Notes: generated from the letters alone by a model not told the origin. Counted from the first letter of the stretch, positions 1 to 10,846 are shown. The stretch: 64,000 nt of DNA from Thermoplasmata archaeon (GCA_020348445.1 CP070751.1:4070164-4134163), one strand, 5' to 3'. Numbers and translations: made by a program.

Positions 1-738
1 ACAAGTGCCATGCTCAGAAGAATCGAGGATCAAAATCCCGATTTATCTAAAATAAAAGACTTTAGGGTGAGACTTGCCAAATTGGATGATGTAAAGGCCA
101 AAAGGGAAATTGAAGAGGCTCTTGTTCAGGCACAGAAGCTGAATGCCGAGGTCAAGATTTTCAAGGAGCGCTATTTTAAAGTCTATGAGGCTATTAGTGC
201 CCTAAAAAAGGTGGTGGCGGATGTGGAGGTTCTGGGTGCGAACATCGATGCCCAATCCAAATTGGATGAAGCAATGGCATTATTATCCAGTCAAAAATTC
301 AAAACTGCACGCAAATTAGCCTTTGAGAGCACAAAGGAGATATCAGACTTCTTGTCAAAATACAGGGATGCAAAATATCACGTTGATATGGCCCAGGAAA
401 AGGTACTGGAGGTAAAAGGATGGGGTTTTTCGGCTTTTGATGCTGAGAAGACCTTAAATTCCTCAAAGGAGGCACTAAATGAAAACCGCTTTGAGGAGGC
501 CATTGAAAGATCAAAGGAAGCAAAAGAGAAGGCAAGTACCATCAGAGAGAGGCATGCTCACTCCCTCGAATTGATACATTCTGCAAGGGATGAGATTGCG
601 AAAATAAAGACAAAAGGTGCAGATATAACAGAATATGAGGATATTATCAACAAGGCCGAGGATGAGTTCAATCGCGGCGATTATGGGGCTTCAGACGAGA
701 AGATCAAAGGTTTTTTTGAAATGATAATAAAACAATGA
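1..738 (+). CDS. C-terminal part of an alpha-helical/coiled-coil repeat protein (5' truncated by the window)
   Basis: ORF 10..738; the frame is open back to position 1 (aca agt gcc atg). Amphipathic helical repeats (A..A....LDEA..AL....F..A); no catalytic motif seen. Confidence 0.6.
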   Translation, partial: TSAMLRRIEDQNPDLSKIKDFRVRLAKLDDVKAKREIEEALVQAQKLNAEVKIFKERYFKVYEAISALKKVVADVEVLGANIDAQSKLDEAMALLSSQKFKTARKLAFESTKEISDFLSKYRDAKYHVDMAQEKVLEVKGWGFSAFDAEKTLNSSKEALNENRFEEAIERSKEAKEKASTIRERHAHSLELIHSARDEIAKIKTKGADITEYEDIINKAEDEFNRGDYGASDEKIKGFFEMIIKQ

Positions 739-797
739 TTAATTGAATAATTATCAAAAAGGATACCAAATTGTTCGTGTTTTTGTTGGTGTATAAG

Positions 798-829
798 ATG
801 GTTATAACCATATAATCCTTATATATAAG
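798..829. promoter_or_regulatory. Two perfect palindromes in the promoter region of the pilus locus
   Basis: ATGGTTATAACCAT (798-811, 14 bp) and CTTATATATAAG (818-829, 12 bp, also TATA-like), about 100 nt upstream of the ATG at 926. Confidence 0.35.
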
Positions 830-925
830 ATTATTAATAAGCCAATCTAGCAATCTTATTATGCAATCCAAAAATTTACCAAGTGTTGGCAAAGAATATT
901 AAATATCAAAAGAGGAGGCCCCAGG

Positions 926-3900
926 ATGAGAGAAAAGGTAAGAAGAAAGGTAAGAAAGAAGATAGTGTGGGATGATAAAGGTGTATCCGAGATAATCGCA
1001 GACATCTTGATATTGTCCATTACAGTTGTCTTGTTTGCGGTTATATTCGCGTTCGTTTATAGCTTACCCGCCCCAAATGAGTCAACGTATGCGGATTTGG
1101 ATGCCAGCGTTATTTTGGATCCCACGGGTGGGAGAATCAATATTACCCATAATAGTGGAGAGGACTTGGCTGAAGCTAATACGGTTATAATTTTATACAA
1201 AAACGCTGGAAGACCAGGTGAAGTGATAAGAGAACTACACTTAAGAAGTCCAACGGGTGACGCGGACAATCCAGCTAGTAAAGGCGGTTATGGCCTTGAA
1301 GTTGACGATATCTGGTCGCCTGGGGAAATATGGACTTACTATTTTGGAGGGGTAAAATCAACTGATATTTTAGAAGTAAGGGTAGTGGATACTAGATTTG
1401 ATAACCTCGTTATGTCAGGCTTGCTCCTTGGCGGTGGTGCAAACGATGCTCCAATAATTATGGAAAGATGGTACGATCCAGATCCTGCAGCCAATGCGAC
1501 AATGCTTAATCTTTATGTCTATGTCAGGGACCCTGACGGTTTTGGTGACATCAGCGCACCCGGGGCCATTTCCGCGGATGTCAGCCACTTGAGCTCAAAC
1601 CAAACGATCTATGATTTCTACGAGGTGAGTCATACCCCTGATACAGGTCTTTTTAAAGCGAACTTCACCATGGACAAAGGCCAGGGAACCTATCTGGTTA
1701 CCATAAAAGCAGAGGATAACTCTGGACTTGTGGATAGGGCACGAATGGTTATACGTGTGACCTATACTGTTTTGAATTCACCGAGGATTATGGAAAGGTA
1801 TACCATTCCGGCAGTGGGTGTAAATGGGTCAGACATCACGGTCTACGCCAAGGTGCAAGATGTAGATGGTTATGATAACATAGACTACGTTACAGTCGAT
1901 ATCGGACCTTTAGAGAATCCCAATGGTTCATCTAATGTCGTAAATATGATGGATCCAGAAAGGGATGGTACATTCGAGTACTCCACAGTTGCTTATGTGC
2001 CAATAGGCGATCAGTACAGATTGAATTTCACTGCAATGGACATCACCCAATTGGAGGACTCGGCTCACCTGAACGTTTCTGTGTCCAAGTTCAGACCCGT
2101 TATCTCAAGGACATGGACTGTGCCAGTCATTGGACGAGACCAAGAGATGTTAACAATATCTGCCGAGGTTTTCGATTATGATGGCTACAGCGATATATCA
2201 GAAGTTATGGTGAATGCAACAAATCTTGATCCCTCCTTGGGATGGGAAAGCATGACTGATCCTGAGCAGGACGGTATATTCGAATACAATCTAACCATAG
2301 ACATCGGTTGGGGAGGCAATAAGACCGTCGACTTTCTGGCGAGGGACATAATCGGAAACGAGGTCACTGCACAGATGAAGGTCTTCATTTCAACAAGAAA
2401 TCCACCAGTCATTTTGGAGAGATGGACAGATCCCCACTTCCCCGATAACAATTCATATGTAAGGATCTTTGCAAGGGTAATGGATCCTGACGGTTATGAG
2501 GACATCAACGCAACAGGCGCAGTTAGGGTGAATATTGCGGAGTTGGACAGGAGCTTGAGCTTCTCAGATGGTTGGATTAATATGACAGATTCGAACTGGG
2601 ATGGTAATTTCATAACATCTTATTTGGTAGACCAGGAGTCAGGCACTTACCAGATTTATTTCCATGTCACGGATTTGGGAGGCAATCAAGCAAACGCCAC
2701 ATTGAACGTCACGATACTGCCATACAGACCAAGGTTTTTAAATATCTGGACCAATCCGCAAGTTGGAAGGAATGGGAGTCAAATCCAGATATTTGCCAAT
2801 GTGATGGATCCCAATGGTTATGCAGACATTGCAAATGTGACCGTTGATATAGTTCAACTGAATGAATCATACAGTCCCCTTTCATCTTATTGGGTGAACA
2901 TGACTGATTACAATCAAAACGGCACTTTTGCGTATGAGATGATGATAAATGTCAGCGAAACAGACCTTTACAACCTCAACTTCACTGTTATGGACAGTGA
3001 TGGGAACCCGGCCACCACAAGCCATCTGCTTTTGGTTACATCCTATAAACCAACGATTGTAGATGCATGGTACTCTCCAAAGCCTGCCGTAAACGGGTCC
3101 AATGTTACGATCTTCGCATGGGTAAAGGATGATGACGGTATCGACGACATCACATCAGTTATCCTCAACGTCAGCGAACTGAATACCAACTTCACCTGGG
3201 TCAATATGACTGATCCCGATGAAAACGGCATATATGAGAATCTAACATTGATCAACGCCATAAACGTTACTGGACAATACAATGTGACCATAGTCGTATT
3301 TGATACCACTGGCAATTCATACAACAAGTCTTTCAAAATTGAGATTGCCACGATAGGAGACGCACCTGAGGAGGAAAATCCCACTGTCTTTGGCATGGCG
3401 AATCCAAATGCTGCTGGTGGAGGAAGCTATGTTTATTTCTCTGCATATGCAAGAAACGGATCCGCACCTGGGGAGAAAATATCCTCGGTTATTTTCCAAT
3501 GGGAAGGTATTTGGTATACCATGACCCGGATTTTCGAAAATTATTTCAGATATTCTGGTTCATTTATGGCTCCTTTATGGGGTGAAACGAAGTCTGTTCC
3601 GGTGAGTGTGCAGGCACTTAATTCTTCAGGGGGTGTAGTTGCCACAGATACCATCAACCTGCTGGTTTTATACGATGAGACTGGCGGCGAGGTAAGAAAG
3701 GCAACAGCACTTCAAAAGATGGTGGCTTGGATTGCGCACGATCAGGGTTTCGTTATCACAAATAACAAGACCTCGAATAAGACGGTTCAGGTTTTCGAGA
3801 TGTTCGATGATAAGGATAAATTCTGTCATATAAAAATCGGGAGCAATACAATAACTAACACCGAGAAAGCCAACATAATCAGGATAACCAGCAGAGTGAC

Positions 3901-5800
3901 AGGTGAAATCATTGGCCCGCCATATATACCAGACGATCTGAAATTCGAGTATGACGGTGTCATGGCAGGATATTGGTTCTTCAATTTATCCTTCCCTACG
4001 GAGCTGCTGTTCGATTACATTGAGGACAATCCGGCCAAATTCCCGCCAGGTACCAATGCGGAGTATTTCGATGTATATATGTACATCAAGGATACGACAG
4101 ATGATTACTTTATGACCGAATCTTGGATAGTGGTGACAGACAGTCATATACCAGATTTCTATCCGTATCTGGAATTCTTCGACGATCCCGATTACATACC
4201 AGGTGTACCCATAGCCGACACAAACGGTGATAAGATACCTGATGATGGGGTAATTGGACCTAAGGATGATTACTTTACATTCCAAAATACTGATGTGGTT
4301 TACGTTTGGATTGTGACCGATACCACAGATTCAATTGGCTCTGTTACCTTTACCAATTTGGAGATCCAGGACTTCTGGGGTAACCACGTGGTTTCCAATC
4401 CTCCAGACCAGGGTGCTGTGGGGCCTATTTCTACGTATACAACGGGTGGCAAGACTCATTACATCGTTGCTGTGAATCTCCTTCTAGCTGACAAAGACCC
4501 GTGGCTCATGGGCAAAGTGGCGTATACAGTTATTATCAAGGACTTCAAGGAGCTTGGTGGGGATGGTGAGGAATTCTCTTACCTCGCTAAGCAGATAATA
4601 ATTGATTCACCTTCGTCAATAATGGATATAGTGAGCGGGCATGAATATGCAGGAAAAGGCACATACAGTGACAAAGTCCATGGTCATTTCTATGAGAACC
4701 AGAACGGGTATTTTGATAAATATATATATGCAAAAGTGGGGGGGACTACAGGTCAATCAGATTACATAGGAAATATTTGGAGTGTGGCATTCGAGGATCT
4801 CGATCAGGATACTGATAGAGAGATTGTTACAGGCAGGGCAGGTGAAAGCAAACCGACTCTCTCGATTTGGGAGAATTTTGGTGGTGGGCACTTCGAGGAA
4901 ATAGAAATCGACCATCTCACTGATGAAATATACTCCGTTGCAACAGGTCAGGTCAACGAGGTCGGTTGGGATAAACCGTACGATATCGTTATTGGCACAG
5001 ATGGTGGAGAGGTAATCTATTACCAAAATGACGGAACCTGGGATCAGACCCTGCCCCATGTAGCATCAGGGATCGGTGCAGTTCCAATTGGTCATGGGAT
5101 TGAAATCGGTGATTTGGATAACGACGGGGATGGAGACGTTGTCGTAGTTACAACAAATGGCTTATATGTTTTTGAGAACGATGCTGGTACTTGGGATGAG
5201 GCATATACTCATAGCCTCGGTGGAGATGATGGAACCAGTGTAGCAATCGGTTTTCTACAGGAAGATTATGACACTGGTGCAACTGAGGACCTATATCCTG
5301 ATATTGTTGTAGGTACCGACAGTGGTGATGTGTGGCGATTCTTAAACGATGACGATGTCTTAACGGATTGGAGCGCAGACACAATTGATACCAATATCGA
5401 TTCATTTAATGCATATGTGGATATAGGTAATATCAATGGTTTGCGTTTCCTGGATGTCGCAGTTGGCTGTGGTGATAGTGTGGTATATTACAATAACTTA
5501 GATGGTGGGACAACTTGGGGAACTCAGAAAACTGTAGCGATCGTACCCCATACCAAAGCATTATCTATCACGGCATTAAGAGTTGGAAACATAGACGGTG
5601 CCATCGAGGATGATATAGTAATCTCTACAACCAAAGAGGGGAAAGAGGGAAGCGCTATAGATGGAGGCTTCATCAATTACTATAGGAACCTTGGCAGAGG
5701 TTCCAAATGGATGAAGTTTGAAGTTGATAACATGAATAGAATGAATGGTTTCATGCACATTTTCACAATCGAGATAGGAGACGCGGATTTAGGCTCGTAG
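926..5800 (+). CDS. Giant type IV pilin-like adhesin (class III signal peptide, six Ig-like repeats, C-terminal FG-GAP-like propeller)
   Basis: N-terminus KKIVWDDKG^VSEIIADILILSITVVLFAVIFAFV is an archaeal class III signal. Six repeats of about 110 aa (P.I...WT.P.....G..I.I.A.V.D.DG..DI). C-terminal D.DND/DGDGDVVV FG-GAP-like motifs. First gene of the pilus cluster. Confidence 0.85.
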   Translation: MREKVRRKVRKKIVWDDKGVSEIIADILILSITVVLFAVIFAFVYSLPAPNESTYADLDASVILDPTGGRINITHNSGEDLAEANTVIILYKNAGRPGEVIRELHLRSPTGDADNPASKGGYGLEVDDIWSPGEIWTYYFGGVKSTDILEVRVVDTRFDNLVMSGLLLGGGANDAPIIMERWYDPDPAANATMLNLYVYVRDPDGFGDISAPGAISADVSHLSSNQTIYDFYEVSHTPDTGLFKANFTMDKGQGTYLVTIKAEDNSGLVDRARMVIRVTYTVLNSPRIMERYTIPAVGVNGSDITVYAKVQDVDGYDNIDYVTVDIGPLENPNGSSNVVNMMDPERDGTFEYSTVAYVPIGDQYRLNFTAMDITQLEDSAHLNVSVSKFRPVISRTWTVPVIGRDQEMLTISAEVFDYDGYSDISEVMVNATNLDPSLGWESMTDPEQDGIFEYNLTIDIGWGGNKTVDFLARDIIGNEVTAQMKVFISTRNPPVILERWTDPHFPDNNSYVRIFARVMDPDGYEDINATGAVRVNIAELDRSLSFSDGWINMTDSNWDGNFITSYLVDQESGTYQIYFHVTDLGGNQANATLNVTILPYRPRFLNIWTNPQVGRNGSQIQIFANVMDPNGYADIANVTVDIVQLNESYSPLSSYWVNMTDYNQNGTFAYEMMINVSETDLYNLNFTVMDSDGNPATTSHLLLVTSYKPTIVDAWYSPKPAVNGSNVTIFAWVKDDDGIDDITSVILNVSELNTNFTWVNMTDPDENGIYENLTLINAINVTGQYNVTIVVFDTTGNSYNKSFKIEIATIGDAPEEENPTVFGMANPNAAGGGSYVYFSAYARNGSAPGEKISSVIFQWEGIWYTMTRIFENYFRYSGSFMAPLWGETKSVPVSVQALNSSGGVVATDTINLLVLYDETGGEVRKATALQKMVAWIAHDQGFVITNNKTSNKTVQVFEMFDDKDKFCHIKIGSNTITNTEKANIIRITSRVTGEIIGPPYIPDDLKFEYDGVMAGYWFFNLSFPTELLFDYIEDNPAKFPPGTNAEYFDVYMYIKDTTDDYFMTESWIVVTDSHIPDFYPYLEFFDDPDYIPGVPIADTNGDKIPDDGVIGPKDDYFTFQNTDVVYVWIVTDTTDSIGSVTFTNLEIQDFWGNHVVSNPPDQGAVGPISTYTTGGKTHYIVAVNLLLADKDPWLMGKVAYTVIIKDFKELGGDGEEFSYLAKQIIIDSPSSIMDIVSGHEYAGKGTYSDKVHGHFYENQNGYFDKYIYAKVGGTTGQSDYIGNIWSVAFEDLDQDTDREIVTGRAGESKPTLSIWENFGGGHFEEIEIDHLTDEIYSVATGQVNEVGWDKPYDIVIGTDGGEVIYYQNDGTWDQTLPHVASGIGAVPIGHGIEIGDLDNDGDGDVVVVTTNGLYVFENDAGTWDEAYTHSLGGDDGTSVAIGFLQEDYDTGATEDLYPDIVVGTDSGDVWRFLNDDDVLTDWSADTIDTNIDSFNAYVDIGNINGLRFLDVAVGCGDSVVYYNNLDGGTTWGTQKTVAIVPHTKALSITALRVGNIDGAIEDDIVISTTKEGKEGSAIDGGFINYYRNLGRGSKWMKFEVDNMNRMNGFMHIFTIEIGDADLGS

Positions 5801-5988
5801 GGACAATTCAGAGAAAATCAACCATCCAGATAAACTAATCGACAATTATATATACAATATTACCTATCAATGAAGAGGAAAAATCAAGAAGACCTTTATG
5901 TCGATCATGGAATCAAAAGCCAAAAGAACTAGTTCTCGCCAGGGTTGCACTTAATTGGGTAGGAAAAAAATTCAAAGGAGATGAGACT

Positions 5989-6843
5989 ATAAGGCGATTT
6001 AAAGAGGATTCTAATGCAGTTGCGGCAGTAATCGGTACCATAATGGCATTGATGGTCTTTTTGGCATTCTTCTCGTTTCTGATCTTGTACTGGATACCGG
6101 TTATGATGGAAGATAATGAAGAAAGCCATATGAGGGACGTCAAAGGTCAATTCAGTAAATTGAAAGAAACCGTGGATGAACAGATATCCCTGGACAACAG
6201 GGATGAAACAAGGGATACCACCATCGCGCTTGGCGCGGACGGAGTTCCCCCTTTCGAGAAAGAAACCCAGAGCCAACTTTCTCTTCAACTCAATTCGGAG
6301 TTCTTCAACTACTCATTTCAAGACAGCGGCGATGATATATACGAGAACTCGTCAGGCAGCATAGACCTATATGCACTCAACAGATTTTACGTACAGCAGA
6401 GACTGGTTTACGAAAATGGGGCAGTTCTCATAGTCCAATCGAAGGGCCAGATAGTGTATAATGAACCAGAATTTCATGTTGAAAAACATGGAGATGAAGT
6501 TAAATTATCATCAACTTTGATTTCGCTTTATCACGATTCAGACGACAGAATTACTGGGACACGTCCTGAGAAGGTGAGTACCAGGTTATGGTATACGGAC
6601 AGGTGGGTTTACACGAACCTATCTGACCCAAATAGGGTGGTTACCCTCACCATCAAAACCAGATATTCATCTGCCTGGGAAACCTATTACGACACAACAT
6701 TCAGAAATGCAGGATTGGTGAATGGAGAGGATTACAATATTACCGCAGTATCCGGGGGGATTCGGATCACTATAGACAGGGTATTTGAATTTTCACTTAC
6801 CCACGCCTTTATTGAGGCTTACATAGGAAGGCAGGCTAAATAA
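5989..6843 (+). CDS. Archaeal pilin-like protein with class III signal peptide (start upstream of the track's 6043)
   Basis: The frame upstream of 6043 reads IRRFKEDSNA^VAAVIGTIMALMVFLAFFSFL, a class III signal. No ATG/GTG/TTG in frame back to the stop at 5836; ATA at 5989 follows GGAGATGA. Start uncertain (see findings). Confidence 0.7.
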   Translation: MRRFKEDSNAVAAVIGTIMALMVFLAFFSFLILYWIPVMMEDNEESHMRDVKGQFSKLKETVDEQISLDNRDETRDTTIALGADGVPPFEKETQSQLSLQLNSEFFNYSFQDSGDDIYENSSGSIDLYALNRFYVQQRLVYENGAVLIVQSKGQIVYNEPEFHVEKHGDEVKLSSTLISLYHDSDDRITGTRPEKVSTRLWYTDRWVYTNLSDPNRVVTLTIKTRYSSAWETYYDTTFRNAGLVNGEDYNITAVSGGIRITIDRVFEFSLTHAFIEAYIGRQAK

Positions 6844-6879
6844 TATATATATTTAAACCACATTAATTAGGGGAATTAC

Positions 6880-8637
6880 ATGGCTGAGAAAACTGCGTTT
6901 GAAATACCTGGAGAGGGAGAAAAGAGATCTCGAGAAAGAGTTGGACCGCCCAAGTTCAGGGATAAGTACCGGGCTCTCTTTGCCAAACGATTTTATAAAC
7001 AGCCACTAAGGGTGAGGGTGGCCGAGGGGATGAGGCAGGAAAAAGAAGTTGAGAGGGGGTCCATGCTAACAGAGATACCTGTGATTAAGGATCCCAATAT
7101 CGAAGAAATAGAATACTACCCTGTGACAGAACCTTACAGTTACGTGAGAATTCTTTACAACGAAGCAAAAAGCGAGTACATTTTTGAGGGAATCGAGCCC
7201 CAACTCACCGTGAGGGAAAAAGAGATCATGCAATACCTGAAAGATACTTTGAGATTGACAATGGGCTATGATTGGGAGGAGATGAGCGAGAAAGACAGAA
7301 AGGAATACCTTGAGGAGAACCTCAATGCTTTGATCAGGAGTAGGGGCCTGAAAATGAATCCATTGACGGAGGATAAGCTTCGTTACTACATCATTAGAGA
7401 TTTCGTGGGATACGGCTCAATTGATATCCTCATTCAGGATATAAATGTGGAGGACACCTCATGTGATGGCATAGATGTCCCCATATTCATTTTCCACAGG
7501 AAATACGAATCCATCAAGACTTCCTTGGTTTTCTCTGATGAGGATGAACTGAACTCATTTGTGATTTTGTTGGGACAAAGATGCGGAAAACAAGTTTCTG
7601 TTTCTCAACCGATATTGGATGGGACAAGCATCGAAGGTCACAGGATTCAGGCGACCTACTCAAAGGAAGTGACAACCCGTGGGGCGTCGTTTACCATTAG
7701 ACGTTTTAAGGAAAAGCCCTTTACACCCGTTGATCTTCTGGATTTCCACAGCGCTTCACCGGAAATGGTTGCATATCTTTGGATTGCCGTTGAGCATGGG
7801 GAATCCATGATAATCGCAGGGGGAACAGCCAGTGGAAAGACCGCTACCCTCAATGCTATAATGCTGTTCATTCCACCCACGGCAAAAATAGTGAGCATAG
7901 AGGATACAAGGGAGATCAACCTCCCCCATGAGAATTGGATACCGGGCGTAACAAGGACCGGGGCAGGAGACATAGGTGCGGACGGCAAAGCTGCCGGTGG
8001 AGTGGATATGTACGATTTGGTCAGAGCGGCTTTAAGGCAAAGACCCAACTACATCATGGTGGGAGAGGTTAGAGGAAAGGAAACATACACCATGTTTCAG
8101 GCCATGGCAACAGGCCACACGACATATGCCACCATGCATGCAGATTCCGTGAAGAGCATGGTTCACAGGCTCGAAAACCCACCGATCTCATGTCCAAGGA
8201 TTCTTTTATCGGCGTTGAATAACGTGATAATCCAAAAACATGCTAGAGTAGGTTCAAGCGTGGTTCGACGGATTATGGATATGGTAGAAATAGTTGGATT
8301 TGAGCCTGAGACCAACGAATTAATTACAAATACGGTTTTCGAATGGGATCAGGCCACTGATTCATTCTTATACAAAGGCCACAGCTTCCTGTACGATAAA
8401 ATTCAAGAGATGAAGGGATTAACATCCGATGAGATGAGGGAAGAGGTTGAGAGGAGAATCGAAATCATAAATTATATGATCAGGAAACACATGACAGATT
8501 TTCGGGATGTAGGCACAATGGTTTCCTCCTACTATAAAGAGCCTGAGATTGCATATGAAAATATCAAGAAGGAAATTCAAAAGATGGATCGTCTCGAAGC
8601 CCAAAGGGAGGCCGTACGAGCTAAAAAGAAAAGGTGA
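6880..8637 (+). CDS. Type II/IV secretion (VirB11/TadA/FlaI-like) pilus assembly ATPase
   Basis: Walker A GGTASGKT, Asp box SIEDTRE, Walker B RQRPNYIMVGEVRG, His box TMHADS. Confidence 0.93.
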   Translation: MAEKTAFEIPGEGEKRSRERVGPPKFRDKYRALFAKRFYKQPLRVRVAEGMRQEKEVERGSMLTEIPVIKDPNIEEIEYYPVTEPYSYVRILYNEAKSEYIFEGIEPQLTVREKEIMQYLKDTLRLTMGYDWEEMSEKDRKEYLEENLNALIRSRGLKMNPLTEDKLRYYIIRDFVGYGSIDILIQDINVEDTSCDGIDVPIFIFHRKYESIKTSLVFSDEDELNSFVILLGQRCGKQVSVSQPILDGTSIEGHRIQATYSKEVTTRGASFTIRRFKEKPFTPVDLLDFHSASPEMVAYLWIAVEHGESMIIAGGTASGKTATLNAIMLFIPPTAKIVSIEDTREINLPHENWIPGVTRTGAGDIGADGKAAGGVDMYDLVRAALRQRPNYIMVGEVRGKETYTMFQAMATGHTTYATMHADSVKSMVHRLENPPISCPRILLSALNNVIIQKHARVGSSVVRRIMDMVEIVGFEPETNELITNTVFEWDQATDSFLYKGHSFLYDKIQEMKGLTSDEMREEVERRIEIINYMIRKHMTDFRDVGTMVSSYYKEPEIAYENIKKEIQKMDRLEAQREAVRAKKKR

Positions 8638-8643
8638 GTTTTC

Positions 8644-9660
8644 ATGTCGCCTGAAGTGAGAGATGCATTTAAGTCCCTGGAAACCTCGAAAAGAGGTATG
8701 ATAGTCACAAAGAAGCATGAGGAGGATTATGACGAGGCTTTTGGTCCGCATCTTGTCAAGCTACCCAAAGGTGCGGCAGTTGAGCAGATAAAACTGACTC
8801 CCTATCAACAGTTCTGCTGGAGAACCATAGGCAACTTCGTGAAAAGGCGTGATAAAACAAATCCCAAGCTTGAGGAGAACCTTCAAGCTGCCCATATGAG
8901 AATCAGGCCCGATGAGTACGTGGCCATAGTCCTAATGACCACGATACTCACATTTGTAGCCATGTTGGTTGTGGGAATAGTTCTCGGAGCGATATTCTGG
9001 CTCATTGAGTGGGGTCCTTGGGGTTTTGTTATTGGTGCGATGATGGTCATTTTTGTCCCGATTCTAGTCTACTTTGGTATGATGTCCACTCCAGGCAGCA
9101 AGGCCAAGGCAAGGGCAAAGGACATAGACCGCAGGATCTCAAGTGCAATGAGCTTTATCTCCGCAATGGCATCCGCCAACGTCAATGTCGATGTTATCTT
9201 TAAGGAACTGTCCAAACAGCCAATATATGGTGAAATCCAGAAAGAAGCCGAGTGGATCACACGGGATACAGAACTTTTGGGTCAAGATATACTCTCGGCC
9301 ATCAAAACAGCCTCGATTAGAACCCCCTCTGAGAAATTTCAGGACTTTCTCCAGGGTGTGGTAACCACCTCCAGCTCTGGTGGAGAGCTGAAGCCGTTTT
9401 TCCTGATAAAGGCCAAGCAGTACGAAGACGAGAGAAGATTGGACCTTCGGGCGAGAATCGAAACACTGGGTATGCTTGCCGAGAGCTTCGTCACAGTTGG
9501 CGTGGCTTTTCCATTGTTCTTGGTTGTTATGATGTCCATTATGGCTTTAGTGGGCAGCAATCCTGATTTCATAGTAATGCTTCTTTATGTGGTTTGTTTT
9601 GGAATGATCCCGGGGACCCAGGTGGGATTCATTGTAGGGATATCATCAATGAGCGAATAG
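8644..9660 (+). CDS. Type II secretion system F family (TadB/TadC/FlaJ-like) membrane platform protein
   Basis: Multiple TM segments; YGEI.KE..WI.RD.ELLG.D...A......PS..F..FLQG motif; directly follows the ATPase. Confidence 0.9.
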   Translation: MSPEVRDAFKSLETSKRGMIVTKKHEEDYDEAFGPHLVKLPKGAAVEQIKLTPYQQFCWRTIGNFVKRRDKTNPKLEENLQAAHMRIRPDEYVAIVLMTTILTFVAMLVVGIVLGAIFWLIEWGPWGFVIGAMMVIFVPILVYFGMMSTPGSKAKARAKDIDRRISSAMSFISAMASANVNVDVIFKELSKQPIYGEIQKEAEWITRDTELLGQDILSAIKTASIRTPSEKFQDFLQGVVTTSSSGGELKPFFLIKAKQYEDERRLDLRARIETLGMLAESFVTVGVAFPLFLVVMMSIMALVGSNPDFIVMLLYVVCFGMIPGTQVGFIVGISSMSE

Positions 9661-9670
9661 AGGAATTCAC

Positions 9671-10825
9671 ATGGCACAAGAAGCGGGAAAGGACAAGGTA
9701 AAAAAAATTAAGGCAATAAAAGAGACTAATTGGCTTGCTATCACCGTTGCGATAGCCGTAGTTATATCAATAATTTTCGTGATACTCGCTTTTCTCTCTC
9801 AGGTGGGCACCATCGATTTTGAAGGTGAAGCGGAGGTGGTCTTTGATCCAGATGGAAATCCTGTGGGTGCCATAGGTGTCAGTGATATACAGGTATTGGA
9901 GAAAGAGGGTGACACCATTACCTACTATTTCATAACTGACTCCATCTCAGAATCGGAGGCCGATGAATTTTTAGATCAGGAGGGTTACGAAAAAAGAAGC
10001 CTTGGAATCGATAGGGGATACGAACTGGGTAAACCGCCGGCGAGTCCTATGCGCGTTGACGGCGATATGATGAACTTCGTAATCTTGGCTATGATACCCC
10101 CTTGTGCCATTCCCGGCGTCTATATCATGCGACGTGACAGGAACATAAAGCAAATCGAAGATCGTCTTCCAGATTTCCTAAGGGATGTGGCGGAGGCGGG
10201 AAGATTCGGTATGACCTTGGCAGACGCCATTGTGGTTGCATCTGGAGGCAGATATGGTAAACTCACGCCAGAAATTAAAAAGATGGCTGCCCGGATTGAC
10301 TGGGGAGTGCCTGCAAACGAGGCCATCAGGCTGTTTTCAGAAAAAGTAAAAACCCCGCTGGTGAACAGGGTATGTGCAATTATAATGAAGTCCAATGATG
10401 CCGGAGGAAACGTGGCCGATGTTCTGACACTGGTTGCTAACGATACAAAACAGGTCCAACTCATGGAAAAGGAGCGAAAACTTTCTATGAGCACCTATAT
10501 TGCCGTTATTTACATTTCGTTCTTTGTATTCCTTTTCACCATCCTCATCCTGAACGCTACCTTCCTTCCCCAGATGAGACAGGCAGGTGAAGAAACTCAA
10601 GAGCTGGTTGGGAGTGGAGGAGGTGGAGGAACGGTTCAGATCATCCAATCCCAAGCCATATCTGCCATTCAATTTACATATCTAATTGCCTCCCTAGCCC
10701 ATGCTGTGGGCGATGGTTTAATAGCAGGAAGCCTTTCAACGGGCAAGATCAAAAACGGTTTGGTACATAGCTTTATTTTGCTCGTTTGTGCTTTCATGAT
10801 GCTCAGATTGTTGGCATATTTATAA
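9671..10825 (+). CDS. Second T2SS-F family (TadC-like) membrane protein
   Basis: LPDFLRDVAEAGRFGMTLADAI...YGKLTPEIKKM...IDWG motif; TM segments; about 90-aa hydrophilic loop after TM1. Confidence 0.9.
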   Translation: MAQEAGKDKVKKIKAIKETNWLAITVAIAVVISIIFVILAFLSQVGTIDFEGEAEVVFDPDGNPVGAIGVSDIQVLEKEGDTITYYFITDSISESEADEFLDQEGYEKRSLGIDRGYELGKPPASPMRVDGDMMNFVILAMIPPCAIPGVYIMRRDRNIKQIEDRLPDFLRDVAEAGRFGMTLADAIVVASGGRYGKLTPEIKKMAARIDWGVPANEAIRLFSEKVKTPLVNRVCAIIMKSNDAGGNVADVLTLVANDTKQVQLMEKERKLSMSTYIAVIYISFFVFLFTILILNATFLPQMRQAGEETQELVGSGGGGGTVQIIQSQAISAIQFTYLIASLAHAVGDGLIAGSLSTGKIKNGLVHSFILLVCAFMMLRLLAYL

Positions 10826-10846
10826 TTTGATTAGGAGTGGATTCAA

